This document shows, piece by piece, positions 45,211 to 54,926 of a DNA stretch of 64,000 nt. Where the stretch lies: assembly GCA_016213645.1 (NCBI GenBank), contig JACQZY010000019.1, positions 4,125-68,124 of the forward strand, read 5' to 3'. The notes below the pieces were generated by a model. It saw nothing but the letters and a program-made list of their open reading frames with translations, made no database searches and was not told where the DNA came from. The first letter of the stretch is position 1, and each line of letters begins with the position of its first letter. The position numbers and the translations under genes are program-made. The DNA is from Actinomycetota bacterium (GTDB lineage: Bacteria; Actinomycetota; Thermoleophilia; Solirubrobacterales; JACPNS01).

Positions 45211-45790
45211 GCGGTGGCTCGGGCGGCGGCTCGGGCGGCGGCGGCGTTCGGTAGCTCGGGCGGCGGCTGCGTTCGGTTGTTCGGGCGACGGCTGCGTTCG
45301 GTAGCGCGGGCGACGGCTGCGTTCGGTTGTTCGGGCGACGGCGCGGGCGGCGGCGATTGGTAGCTCGCACAGAGGGCCGAGCGAAGGCTCGCAAGGAGGC
45401 CCACTGGCGGAGGCTCGGGCGGAGGCCCGCACGGAGGCTCGGGCGGAGGCCCGCGCAGAGGGCCGAGCGAAGGCTCGCACGGAGGCCCTCTGGCGGAGGC
45501 TCGGGCGGAGGCCCGCACGGAGGCGCGGGTGAAGGCCCGCACAGAAGGCCGAGCGAAGGCTCGCACGGAGGCCCTCTGGCGGAGGCTCGGACGGAGGCTC
45601 GCACGGAGGCCATGGCGGAGACTCGCGCGGAGGCCCTCTGGCGGAGGCCCGCACGGAGGCCATGGCGGAGACTCGCGCGGAGGCCCTCTGGCGGAGGCCC
45701 GCACGGAGGCCATGGCGGAGACTCGCGCGGAGGCCCTCTGGCGGAGGCTCGGACGGAGGTTCGCACGAATGCCCAGGCGAGGGCCGATGT
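45211..45790. repeat. GC-rich non-coding minisatellite array: 12-14-nt GGAG-core subunits organised in 25/50-nt units
   Basis: Three consecutive 50-nt units at 45601-45750 (gcacggaggccatggcggagactcgcgcggaggccctctggcggaggccc; 149/150 identical). Four 25-nt units at 45241-45340, with units 2 and 4 identical. About 27 GGAG(G) cores in one orientation. All overlapping ORFs are stop-free shadows. Confidence 0.85.
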
Positions 45791-45847
45791 GACGGCCCGG
45801 GCGTCGGCCCGGCCGGCGGGGCCCGTAGATCGGGCTCGTGCGCTTCG

Positions 45848-45885
45848 TTGCGCTTCCTTTTCCCGCGCGGGCAAAGGAGGCGCAA
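45848..45885. repeat. 38-nt near-perfect palindrome (hairpin) between the minisatellite and the transposase gene
   Basis: ttgcgcttccttt-t-cccgcgcggg-c-aaaggaggcgcaa. By manual pairing: 16 Watson-Crick pairs, one T:G and one mismatch. Confidence 0.6.
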
Positions 45886-46117
45886 CGATCGGCACAACGT
45901 TTGTCGCAATTTGCAGGGTTTTCTTCGGCTTCGGTACTTCGGCGAGCCACCGCGCAAAGCTCGGTCGAGGCGCGGCCGGCACCGGCTCGTTCCGCGAGCC
46001 GGCCGGCAAGCGATGCCCAGCGGTCGCGCCGGCCGAAACGCGGCATTTAGTCAAATTTCGCCGAAATACCTATCCTGAGGGAGTAGCGGCCGGTGCTCTG
46101 AAGTCTTATAGAGGTAG

Positions 46118-46723
46118 ATGCCTCGTCTCAACCTCGTCAAGGATTTCCGGCCTCACGCCGAATACCACGTCTACAACCGCGGCCACGCGGGGCGGGCGGT
46201 ATTCCGCGACGCCCACGACTTCGACGAGTTTCGCCGACGCCTGCAAACTCTGCTGACGATCGGTCGCTCCGACTCCGGCGGAAGGACGTCGCCCTTCGAC
46301 CTCTCGCTGATCGCGTATGCGCTGATGGACAACCATTTCCATCTCCTGCTCCGGCAGGGTTCAAATCCCCTCGAGATTCGCCGGTTCATGTACGCGCTGA
46401 CTCCCGGCTACGCGCGATATTTCAAGCATCGTCACGGCGACTCATCCGACCGGCCCGTCTGGGGCGGTGCGTATCGCGCGCGACAGGTGATCGGCGCGAC
46501 CGACCGCATGGAGGTCGTCGCATACATCCATCTCAATCGCAGCGGCGCGGAACGCAGCGAATTCACCTCCCACCCCGTTTATCTCGGCGACCGCGCCGAA
46601 CCTTGGGTCGCCCGCGATCACGGACTGCGCCCATTCGGTGGAGTCGCCGGTTACCGGGAATTCATCGCAAGCCGGGAGCAAATCCGCTCGGCTCGAAATG
46701 CGGCCCACACATTCGACCGATGA
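46118..46723 (+). CDS. IS200/IS605-type Y1 (HUH) transposase, REP-associated tyrosine transposase (RAYT)-like
   Basis: YHVYNRGHAGRAVF, HUH motif in LMDNHFHLLL, and the Tyr helix VVAYIHLNR. 201 aa. GAGGT SD before the ATG. Confidence 0.75.
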   Translation: MPRLNLVKDFRPHAEYHVYNRGHAGRAVFRDAHDFDEFRRRLQTLLTIGRSDSGGRTSPFDLSLIAYALMDNHFHLLLRQGSNPLEIRRFMYALTPGYARYFKHRHGDSSDRPVWGGAYRARQVIGATDRMEVVAYIHLNRSGAERSEFTSHPVYLGDRAEPWVARDHGLRPFGGVAGYREFIASREQIRSARNAAHTFDR

Positions 46724-46803
46724 GATCCATGGACGCTCCAGTTGTCACGCGCGACCAGTTCGGACGCGTCGGCGCCCGTCCGATCCCGTGCCGGACAAAC
46801 CTC

Positions 46804-49536
46804 TCAGTGCTCCAGCGCCGGCTCGGCCACCGCCTCGCGCCGCATCCACCAGCGCCGCCCCTCGTCGGCGCCCCACACGATCAGCGGGAACGACAGCATT
46901 GGCAGCACGTAACCGGCAGGTAGCGCGGCGGTGTGTAGCAGTGACTGCAACGGCGGTAGGTAGACGATCGCGGCGGTCAGCAGTAATTCGAAGCCGATTC
47001 CCCACAAGAGCATCTGATTGCCGAGCAGACCCACGGATCGCAGCGATGTTCGCTCGGTGCGTGCCGCAAGCGCCGTGCCGACCTGGCAGAAGACCATCGA
47101 CGTGAAGGTCACCGTAGTGGCTCGCAGATAGTCGTGATGCAGCGGCGAGCCCGGTCCGACATCATCACCCGGCGACCAGCCGGCGTGAATCAGCACGTAA
47201 AAGAACGCCGCCATCGAAAGTGCCGCGGCGATCACGCCGACAAAAAGCCACGCGCGCAGGATCATCGCGCGGTCCACAATTCCCGAACCACGTGGTCTCG
47301 GCGGTCGGCGCATGTCGCCAGGCTCGGCCGGCTCCCGGCCGAGTGCCAGCGCGGGGAGGATTTCCGTACCTACGTCAATCGCAAGCAACTGCATCACGGT
47401 CAGCGGCAGCGGCACCATTCCACCGCTCAGCGCGAAGACCATGAACGGCACAAGCTCCGGCGTGAGATGGGCGAAGATGTAGAAGACGAACTTGCGGATG
47501 TTGGCGAAGATCCGGCGGCCGGCGGCAATTGCGGTGACGATCGTCGCAAAATTGTCGTCCGTGAGCACGATCGTCGCGGCCTCGCGCGCCACGTCGGTGC
47601 CGCTTTTACCCATCGCCACGCCGATGTCCGCCCGGTGCAGAGCCGGAGCATCGTTGACTCCGTCGCCGGTCATCGCCACAACGTGGCCGGTCGCTCGAAG
47701 CGCGTCGGCAATGCGCAGTTTCGCTTCGGGCGTGCTGCGCGCGAAGACGATCTCGGGCGCCGAACGCAGCAGATCATCGAGCTCCTGCTCAGGCATCGCG
47801 TCCAGCTCACGCTGCGTGATCACGCGCGGCTCGCCCCCGCGCACGATTCCCACATGGCGCGCAATCGCCACTCCTGTCGCAGGGTGATCGCCGGTGATCA
47901 TGATGATCTTGATGCCCGCGGTGTGGCAGTCGGTCACCGCCGTCGCCACTTCGGGACGCGGCGGATCGACCAGCGCGACCGCGCCGAGCAACACGAGTTC
48001 GCGTTCGAGTTCGTCGCGTTCGAGTAGCTCGGCTCCCGGCGACAGCACACGTTCGGCCACAGCCAACACGCGCAACCCTTCAGCCGCGCAGCGATCCACG
48101 GTCTCGCGAAGTTGCGCCGCGCGCCGGTCGTCGAACGGCCGCTCGCCGTCGACCGTAAGCACACTGGTGCAGCGCTCCAGCACCGCCTCCGGCGCGCCCT
48201 TCACGTGCAGTTCGACGATTTCGTCTTGCCGGTCCAGCGTTGACATCAACTTCAGCCGCGCGTCGAAGCGATTCTCCTTCACTCGGTCTCGCTCGCGCCG
48301 GGCCGGATCAACGATCACCCCCAACGCGCGCGCGGCGTCCAGCAGCGCCAATTCGGTGGGATCGCCGTGCGTGTCGCCGTCGCGGCGCAGGTCGGCGTTG
48401 CTACATCGAGCGAGGGCGTAAGCAACGCGTCGGCGAATTGCAGGATCCAGCTCGCCGGAGCCCGCCCCACCGTCGGTCAAATCCACTTCCGTGCCGTCGG
48501 CAAGCACGCGCATGGCCGTCATACGGTTTTCCGTCAGAGTCCCGGTTTTATCGGTGCAGATCACGTCTACCGAGCCCAGCGTCTCGACCGCGCTCAGTCG
48601 CTTTACAACCGCCCCGCGCCGCGCAAGATCGCGTACACCCAGGGCAAGCGCCAGCGTGATCACTGGCAACAGTCCTTCGGGCACGTTGCCAACGATCAGG
48701 CCGATCGCAAACATGCCGGCATCTCGCAAGCCCAGACCGGTCGCAAGCATCGTCAACGGCACAAACAGCGCACCGGTCAGCAGAGCAATCGCCGCGATGA
48801 TCCAAGCGACGCGGCGCACTTGCGCCTCCAATGGACTCTCCTCGCGGCGAACCCTCTGAGACAGCGCGGCGATCCGGCCGATCTCGGTGCGCATTCCGGT
48901 GGCGAAGACGATCGCCCGCGCGGCGCCCCCGGTGCAGGCAGTGCCATTGAACACCATCTCCGGCGCGTCGATCAGCGGTCCGGCAACGGACGGAGCATCG
49001 GCCACTCGCTCGACCGGGGCGGACTCGCCGGTCAGCGGTGACATGTCCAACTCCAGTGACCCCTCGATCAGCCGTGCGTCGGCCGAAATACGGTCGCCCT
49101 CGCACGGAAGTATCAGGTCTCCAGGCACCAGTTCGCGCGCGGGCACCGTTGTCGCCACGCCGTCTCGCAACACCCGCGCGGAAGCGGGAAGAAACTCAAG
49201 CAGCGCATCGACGGCTCGCTCTGCCTGCCTTTCCTGAAAAAACGCGAAAACCGCGTTGAGCAGAATCACGACAATGATCGCGATCGCGATCTCGCGGATA
49301 TCGGCCATCATCGCCAGTGCGGCGCCAAGCCACAGCAGCAGCGCGAGAGGATGCATTAGTTGTTCGGCGATTTCGCGAGTCAGACGGCGTTCGCGGCGGC
49401 GTTCCAGTTCGTTCGCACCGACAATTTGAAGCCGCCGTGCGGCTTCGCGGGAGGTCAAGCCATCCGCACTGCTGCGAAGGTCGCGAAACAGCCGTTCGGC
49501 GCTCTCCCTCGGGTCGACCGGCGACACCTCGCCCAT
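46804..49536 (-). CDS. cation-translocating P-type ATPase (P2, Ca2+/Mg2+-ATPase-like)
   Basis: LTGES, PEGLLPVITLALALG, the phosphorylation site ICTDKTGTLT, MITGDH and GDGVNDAPAL. ATG 49536 (MGEVSPVDP...). The 354 codons upstream in the track ORF are antisense to ppsA. Confidence 0.9.
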   Translation of the reverse strand: MGEVSPVDPRESAERLFRDLRSSADGLTSREAARRLQIVGANELERRRERRLTREIAEQLMHPLALLLWLGAALAMMADIREIAIAIIVVILLNAVFAFFQERQAERAVDALLEFLPASARVLRDGVATTVPARELVPGDLILPCEGDRISADARLIEGSLELDMSPLTGESAPVERVADAPSVAGPLIDAPEMVFNGTACTGGAARAIVFATGMRTEIGRIAALSQRVRREESPLEAQVRRVAWIIAAIALLTGALFVPLTMLATGLGLRDAGMFAIGLIVGNVPEGLLPVITLALALGVRDLARRGAVVKRLSAVETLGSVDVICTDKTGTLTENRMTAMRVLADGTEVDLTDGGAGSGELDPAIRRRVAYALARCSNADLRRDGDTHGDPTELALLDAARALGVIVDPARRERDRVKENRFDARLKLMSTLDRQDEIVELHVKGAPEAVLERCTSVLTVDGERPFDDRRAAQLRETVDRCAAEGLRVLAVAERVLSPGAELLERDELERELVLLGAVALVDPPRPEVATAVTDCHTAGIKIIMITGDHPATGVAIARHVGIVRGGEPRVITQRELDAMPEQELDDLLRSAPEIVFARSTPEAKLRIADALRATGHVVAMTGDGVNDAPALHRADIGVAMGKSGTDVAREAATIVLTDDNFATIVTAIAAGRRIFANIRKFVFYIFAHLTPELVPFMVFALSGGMVPLPLTVMQLLAIDVGTEILPALALGREPAEPGDMRRPPRPRGSGIVDRAMILRAWLFVGVIAAALSMAAFFYVLIHAGWSPGDDVGPGSPLHHDYLRATTVTFTSMVFCQVGTALAARTERTSLRSVGLLGNQMLLWGIGFELLLTAAIVYLPPLQSLLHTAALPAGYVLPMLSFPLIVWGADEGRRWWMRREAVAEPALEH

Positions 49537-49647
49537 CGTGAGCGCGGTCGAGAGATGTTTCGATTCTGATTTCTGCTCGCCGGCTTTTGGGGTTTCAGTC
49601 GCGATGTCCGCCCGCCTTCCCGTTGGACTGTGATTAGGTTCTATCCG

Positions 49648-52125
49648 ATGAGCGACCACGAAGACACCGTGATCGTGCGCGAATTTGGCGCCCTGCGCCA
49701 TGGCGACGTGGCCTGGGCGGGCGGCAAAGGAGCAAATCTCGGCGAATTGACCGCCGCCGAGATGCCCGTACCACCGGGATTCGTGATCGGCGCGACGGCG
49801 TTCGCGAGATTCTGCAACGAAACCGGCCTGCGGGAGCGCCTGCGCGAACTGTTCGCCGCGACCGACGTTCAAGATTCGGCGATGCTTGAGGCCTCGGCCG
49901 GGCGAGCGCGCGAGATGGTCGAGCAAACGCCGATGCCGGGCTGGGCATCCGAAGCGATCGCCGCCGCCTATGAAACTCTCGCCGAAGCCGACGACGCCAT
50001 CACGAACCCGGGGAACGGTGACGGACCGGCCCTCCCGCAGCCACCGGTGGCCGTGCGCTCCTCGGCCACTTCGGAGGACACGGCGGCGGCCTCGTTCGCC
50101 GGCATGAACGAATCGTTCCTGAACGTGCGCGGTGCGGACGACCTGCTCGACGCTGTGCTGCGCTGCTGGTCGTCGCTGTTTGGCGCCCGCACGCTCTACT
50201 ACCGCGCGATGCGCGGCTACGAACTGGCCGACATCGACATCGCCGTTGTCGTGCAGCGACAGATTGAGTCCATGCGTTCCGGCGTGATGTTCACCGTCGA
50301 CCCATCCACGGGCCGCGATGACGAGCTCGTGATCGAGGCCTCGGTGGGCCTGGGCGAGGCAGTCGTCTCCGGCCAAGTCACGCCCGACCATTTCGTGGTC
50401 GGCAAGACCCATCACCAGATCTTGCGTCGCGAGATCCACGAGAAGGAGCTGGCGATCGAGTACGCCTCGGTCGGCGGCGGCACGGTCACGCGCGAATTGA
50501 TCGGCGACGAAGCTCTCGAACCTGCGCTGAGCGACGAAAATGTCCTGCAAATCGCTGATTTCGGCGCCCGAATAGAAGAGCACTACGGCCTGCCACAAGA
50601 CATCGAGTGGGCGTACGACGAATTCGGCTCACCGTGGATTTTGCAGTCGCGGCCGATCACAACGCTGGCCGGTGGCGGCGCGGGCACGGCACCCGGTGGC
50701 GGCGCGGGCACGGAATCCGGCAAAGACGCGGGCAAACAAGATCTTGGCGATCAAAACGCGGGTCGCGACACGGCGGGCCTCGCGCAAGCCGGCGACGCAC
50801 ACGAAGTGCTGGCCGAGGGTCTCGCCGCCGCGCCGGGCGTGGCCACCGGCGTCGTACGCGTGGTCGAGTCCGTCGCGGATGCCGAGGAGCTTTTACCTGA
50901 CGAGATTCTCGTCACGCGGATGACCGCGCCCGACTGGGCGCCGTATCTGCGCAAGGCGGCGGCAATCGTCACCGACTCGGGAGGCATGACCTGCCACGCG
51001 GCGATCGTCTCACGCGAGTTCGGCACACCGTGCGTGGTCGGCACGGGCCGGGCCACCGAGCAACTGCGCACCGGAGAGACAGTGACCGTGGACGCCGCCG
51101 CCGGGCGTGTGTACGCCGGAGTGGTCGAATTCTCGGCCGCCGCAAACCAAACCAAGTCCGAGGCGGCTCAGACCACACGCCGAACCGGCGAGTCTCGCAG
51201 CCCCGGCAGCACCTCCACCCCGCGCACGCTTCACACCAAACTTCTCGTCAACCTCTCCGAACCGTCACAGGCTGATCGCGCCGCGGCGCTGCCGGTAGAC
51301 GGCGTGGGTCTGCTGCGCGCCGAGCTGATGGTGCTGGAAGCGTTATCCGGCGACCATCCGCGCCTTCTGATCGAGGAGGACCGCACAGAAGAGTTTGTGG
51401 AGCGCATGGCCGAAGGCGTAGCCACCTTCACGCGCGCTTTCGACCCTCGCCCCGTCACCTACCGCACGATCGACTTCCGCACCAATGAGTTCGCCGGTCT
51501 GCGCGGCGGTGACCGCTTCGAGCCGCGCGAGGCAAACCCGATGATCGGCTATCGCGGCGCCCTGCGTTACACACGAGAGCCCGAGGTATTCAACCTCGAG
51601 CTTGCTGCGCTCAAGCGCGTCTGGGACGAAGGCCTGCACAACTTCCACGTGATGCTGCCGTTCGTGCGTTCCGCGCCGGAGTTGCGCGTGTGCCGAGATC
51701 TGATGATGGCGTCCGGTCTGATCTCCGACCAACCCGGCGCCGGCCCGGAGCTGTGGGTGATGGCGGAGGTGCCGAGCGTGCTCTTCAACCTCGACCGTTA
51801 CGCGGCGCTGGGCGTGGCCGGCATTTCGATCGGCACAAACGACCTGACGCAGTTAATGCTCGGAGCGGACCGGGACTCCGAGCTGCTGGCCGGCACCTTC
51901 GACGAGCGCGATCCGGCAGTCACCGAGTACCTCCAGCGTCTGGTCCCGAAGGCCCGCGCGGCGGGCCTGAAGACGTCCATCTGCGGTCAAGCGCCTTCTG
52001 TGCATCGCGAGTACGCGGAGTTGCTCGTGCGCGCGGGCATCGACGCGATCTCGGTGAGCGCGGACGCGGTCGACCGCGCACGCGATTTGATCGCCGCCGC
52101 CGAGGCGGCGCTCGACCGCGATTAA
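49648..52125 (+). CDS. ppsA: phosphoenolpyruvate synthase (pyruvate, water dikinase)
   Basis: N-terminal ATP-grasp domain (WAGGKGANLGEL). Phospho-His domain TDSGGMTCHAAIVSREFG. C-terminal PEP-utilising barrel (GTNDLTQL, CGQAPS). Two Gly/Thr/Ala-rich linker insertions. Confidence 0.9.
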   Translation: MSDHEDTVIVREFGALRHGDVAWAGGKGANLGELTAAEMPVPPGFVIGATAFARFCNETGLRERLRELFAATDVQDSAMLEASAGRAREMVEQTPMPGWASEAIAAAYETLAEADDAITNPGNGDGPALPQPPVAVRSSATSEDTAAASFAGMNESFLNVRGADDLLDAVLRCWSSLFGARTLYYRAMRGYELADIDIAVVVQRQIESMRSGVMFTVDPSTGRDDELVIEASVGLGEAVVSGQVTPDHFVVGKTHHQILRREIHEKELAIEYASVGGGTVTRELIGDEALEPALSDENVLQIADFGARIEEHYGLPQDIEWAYDEFGSPWILQSRPITTLAGGGAGTAPGGGAGTESGKDAGKQDLGDQNAGRDTAGLAQAGDAHEVLAEGLAAAPGVATGVVRVVESVADAEELLPDEILVTRMTAPDWAPYLRKAAAIVTDSGGMTCHAAIVSREFGTPCVVGTGRATEQLRTGETVTVDAAAGRVYAGVVEFSAAANQTKSEAAQTTRRTGESRSPGSTSTPRTLHTKLLVNLSEPSQADRAAALPVDGVGLLRAELMVLEALSGDHPRLLIEEDRTEEFVERMAEGVATFTRAFDPRPVTYRTIDFRTNEFAGLRGGDRFEPREANPMIGYRGALRYTREPEVFNLELAALKRVWDEGLHNFHVMLPFVRSAPELRVCRDLMMASGLISDQPGAGPELWVMAEVPSVLFNLDRYAALGVAGISIGTNDLTQLMLGADRDSELLAGTFDERDPAVTEYLQRLVPKARAAGLKTSICGQAPSVHREYAELLVRAGIDAISVSADAVDRARDLIAAAEAALDRD

Positions 52126-52215
52126 ACAACGCGGCAGCGCTCAAACGACCGTCGGAAGCCGGCCCAATCGCCTCCCGGCGACAAAGTCATACCTCCCAGC
52201 TAGGATTTACTCACC

Positions 52216-52722
52216 ATGATGTTTTCAACCAGGGCCGAGTACGGCGTCCGCGTGATGGTCGCGCTCGCGGCGGAGCAGGCGAAGGACGACAGTTTTCCCA
52301 GTTCGCTGGCCCAGATAGCCGAAGCGAACGGTCTGCCGTTCGCATATCTGGAGCACCTCGCCGCGCGTCTGAAAAAGGCGGATCTGGTGGAAAGCCGCCG
52401 GGGCCCGCGCGGCGGCTACCTACTCGCCCGCCCCGCCGACGAAATCTCGATGGCCGAGATCGTGGAAGCGCTTGAAGGCCAGATCGCCCCGATCGAGTGC
52501 ATCAGCGCGACCGACGAGGGAGACGTCGTTTGCAGCCGCGAGGACGGTTCGCAGATGATCTGTCCCACGAAGATCCTGTGGACGCGAGTCCAGGGTTCAA
52601 TCGTGCGCACGCTCAAAGAAATGACGCTGGCGGATTTGGCGAGCGCGAACGAACGCGTCAACGCCAGGCTCACCGGCGAAACGGCCGGCGCCGCAGAAGA
52701 CGGCGCCGTCGCGGCCGTCTGA
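52216..52722 (+). CDS. Rrf2-family transcriptional regulator (candidate Fe-S sensing regulator of the suf genes)
   Basis: MMFSTRAEYGVRVMVALA...LAQIAEANGLPFAYLEHLAARLKKADLVESRRGPRGGYLLARP (Rrf2 wHTH). Three Cys in CISATDEGDVVCSREDGSQMIC. Immediately upstream of sufC. Confidence 0.85.
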   Translation: MMFSTRAEYGVRVMVALAAEQAKDDSFPSSLAQIAEANGLPFAYLEHLAARLKKADLVESRRGPRGGYLLARPADEISMAEIVEALEGQIAPIECISATDEGDVVCSREDGSQMICPTKILWTRVQGSIVRTLKEMTLADLASANERVNARLTGETAGAAEDGAVAAV

Positions 52723-52827
52723 CCCCCGACGCAAAAATCACCGAATCGAGCAGGCGCCACGGACACGGCGCCGATCACCACCCCACTTAATCCCGACCCC
52801 CAAACGCAACCAGGAGCAGCGAACCAC

Positions 52828-53583
52828 ATGGCAGACCTCGAGATCATCAATCTTCACGTGCGCACCGAGGAGCGCGAAATTCTGCACGGCGTCAGTCTGC
52901 AGGTGAACAAGGGCGAGACACACGCCCTGATGGGTCCCAACGGCAGCGGCAAGTCCACACTCGCCAACGTGCTGATGGGCAACGACACCTACGAGGTCAC
53001 CGAGGGTCAGATCATCTTCAACGGCGAAGACATCACCGGGGAAGACCCGGAGAAGCGCTCACAGGCCGGTCTATTTCTGGCCTTCCAGTATCCGGCGGTG
53101 ATTCCGGGCGTTAGCGTGGCCAACTTCCTGCGCATGGCGGTCAACGCCCACCGCGACGAACCGATCAACGTCAAGGAGTTTCGCGACAAGCTGAAGACCA
53201 ACATGGACCTGCTCACGGTGCCACGCGAGTTCACCAGCCGATACCTCAACGACGGTTTCTCGGGCGGCGAGAAGAAGCGCGCCGAGATTTTGCAGATGGC
53301 GATGCTGGAGCCAACGATCTCGATTCTCGACGAGACCGACTCCGGTCTGGACATTGACGCACTGCGAGTTGTCAGCGAAGGCGTCAACGCACTGCGCGAG
53401 CGCGGCATGGGCAGTTTGATCATCACCCACTACCAGCGCATCCTCGACTACATCAAGCCCGACTTCGTACACATCCTGCTGGAAGGCCGGATCGTCGAAG
53501 AGGGCGGACCCGAGCTTGTGGCAAAGCTTGAAGAGCACGGCTACGACTGGATCCGCGAGGAGGTGGCGCAGCGTGCCGGCTGA
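52828..53583 (+). CDS. sufC: Fe-S cluster assembly ATPase SufC
   Basis: Walker A GPNGSGKST, FSGGEKKR, ILDETDSGLD, H-loop IITHY. Confidence 0.95.
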   Translation: MADLEIINLHVRTEEREILHGVSLQVNKGETHALMGPNGSGKSTLANVLMGNDTYEVTEGQIIFNGEDITGEDPEKRSQAGLFLAFQYPAVIPGVSVANFLRMAVNAHRDEPINVKEFRDKLKTNMDLLTVPREFTSRYLNDGFSGGEKKRAEILQMAMLEPTISILDETDSGLDIDALRVVSEGVNALRERGMGSLIITHYQRILDYIKPDFVHILLEGRIVEEGGPELVAKLEEHGYDWIREEVAQRAG

Positions 53584-54913
53584 ACAGACGAGAATTTCAC
53601 CCGCTGACGCCGGGCGGACCGTCGCCGGGCCGTCCGCGATCGCTTCCGACCGCAAGGCTGCGCTGGCCGCGTATGAGAGCGCGCCGGTACCCACATGGCG
53701 TCGCAGTGGTTTCTGGACCACCACCCTGCGCGATCTCGACCTCGAGTCGCTCTCGCCGCGCGAGTACCCGGCGGTTTCGAGCCGTGAAGAGCTACCCCAG
53801 GTCGTACGCGACGCGATCGGCGACGAGCAGTACGCCGGCCTGATCGTGCAGCGCGGCGCGAGCGTGATCTACACCGAGACCTCCGCCGGCAACCCGGACG
53901 GCGTGATCGCCTGCACGCTTGAACAGGCGTTCGATCAGCACCCCGAACTGGTCGCCAAGTATTACGGCAAGCGCGTCAGCTCAGAGGAAGGCAAGTTCAC
54001 TGCCGCCAATGCGGCGATGTGGACAGGCGGGGCGTTCTTTTACGTTCCGCCCGACACCTCCGTGGAGCAGCCGTTTCAGGTCATCAACGTGATCGACGAG
54101 CCTGGCGTTGCACAGTATGGCCGCCTGCTGGCCATCGTTGACACCAGCGGCAAGGCGACCTTCCGCGAATTCGATCTGGCGCCCGACATCGACGGACAGG
54201 CCCTCCACGCCGGTGTTACAGAGGTCTTCGCCCGACCGAACAGCTGGGCCAAGGTCAAGACGCTCCAGGATTGGGGTGCGGGCGAGATCTTCGACGTTTC
54301 CACGAAGCGCGTGGAGATCGCGCGCGACGCCCACGCGCGCTGGTTCCCGGTACACCTGGGCGGCCACCTGACCAAGCAGACGCTGGACATCGTGACCGCG
54401 GAGCGCGGCGCCGACATGCGCCACAACGGCCTCTACATCACCCAAGGCAACGAGCACCTCGACCTCTTCACCACCGACCTGCACGAGAGCGGCGACACGA
54501 CCGGCGACACAGTCTGGAAGGGCGCCGCGACCGGCTCCTCAAAGGCCAGCTACGAGGGTCTGATCGAGATTCGCGAAGGCTGCCAGAACAGCCACACCTA
54601 CCTACAGACGCACTCGCTGATGTTGAGCAAGGAGGCGAAGGTAGACGCGATTCCATCGCTGATCGTCAAGACCGACGACGTCTCCGCCTCGCACGGCGGC
54701 ACCGTCGGCGAGGTCGATGAAAATCAGGTCTTCTATATGCGTACGCGCGGCATCAGCCGCGAGGACGCGATCCGCATTCTCGTGGAGGGCTTCTTCGACC
54801 CGGTGATCGGTGGGTTCGAAGACGAGCGCCTTGAGCAGCTCGTGCGCCAACGGATCGCCGGCAAGCTGGCCGAAGCGAGCGAAGACATCGCCGCCTACGC
54901 CGCGACCAAGTGA
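53573..54913 (+). CDS. sufD: Fe-S cluster assembly protein SufD
   Basis: SufBD-family C-terminal beta-helix (...SASHGGTVGEVDENQVFYMRTRGISREDAIRILVEGF). GTG 53573 overlaps the end of sufC. Confidence 0.85.
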   Translation: MPAEQTRISPADAGRTVAGPSAIASDRKAALAAYESAPVPTWRRSGFWTTTLRDLDLESLSPREYPAVSSREELPQVVRDAIGDEQYAGLIVQRGASVIYTETSAGNPDGVIACTLEQAFDQHPELVAKYYGKRVSSEEGKFTAANAAMWTGGAFFYVPPDTSVEQPFQVINVIDEPGVAQYGRLLAIVDTSGKATFREFDLAPDIDGQALHAGVTEVFARPNSWAKVKTLQDWGAGEIFDVSTKRVEIARDAHARWFPVHLGGHLTKQTLDIVTAERGADMRHNGLYITQGNEHLDLFTTDLHESGDTTGDTVWKGAATGSSKASYEGLIEIREGCQNSHTYLQTHSLMLSKEAKVDAIPSLIVKTDDVSASHGGTVGEVDENQVFYMRTRGISREDAIRILVEGFFDPVIGGFEDERLEQLVRQRIAGKLAEASEDIAAYAATK

Positions 54914-54926
54914 GCCGAGGCTCGCG

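Noticed and set aside
45211-45790. Possible CRISPR array
   Set aside because: The repeat units abut each other with no unique spacers. Unit length (12-14 nt, 25/50 nt higher order) is unlike CRISPR repeats, and no cas genes are in the window.
44968-46256. Four long overlapping ORFs (44968..45957 -, 45137..46054 -, 45207..46046 -, 45327..46256 +) with PPCGPPPE/RASLR-type repeat proteins
   Set aside because: All lie on the GGAG minisatellite. Several frames on both strands are open at once simply because the repeat lacks stop triplets. The 50/25-nt period is not divisible by 3, and two of the ORFs run antisense into the response-regulator gene. Treated as non-coding repeat DNA.
46804-50598. 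1264-aa minus-strand ORF, the longest in the track
   Set aside because: Only the C-terminal 910 codons (from ATG 49536, MGEVSPVDP...) are the P-type ATPase. The first 354 codons (DIFVAQRRFESF...RGRRRVLRSGRGAHGHRW...) are an Arg/Gly-rich antisense read-through across the well-supported plus-strand ppsA gene.
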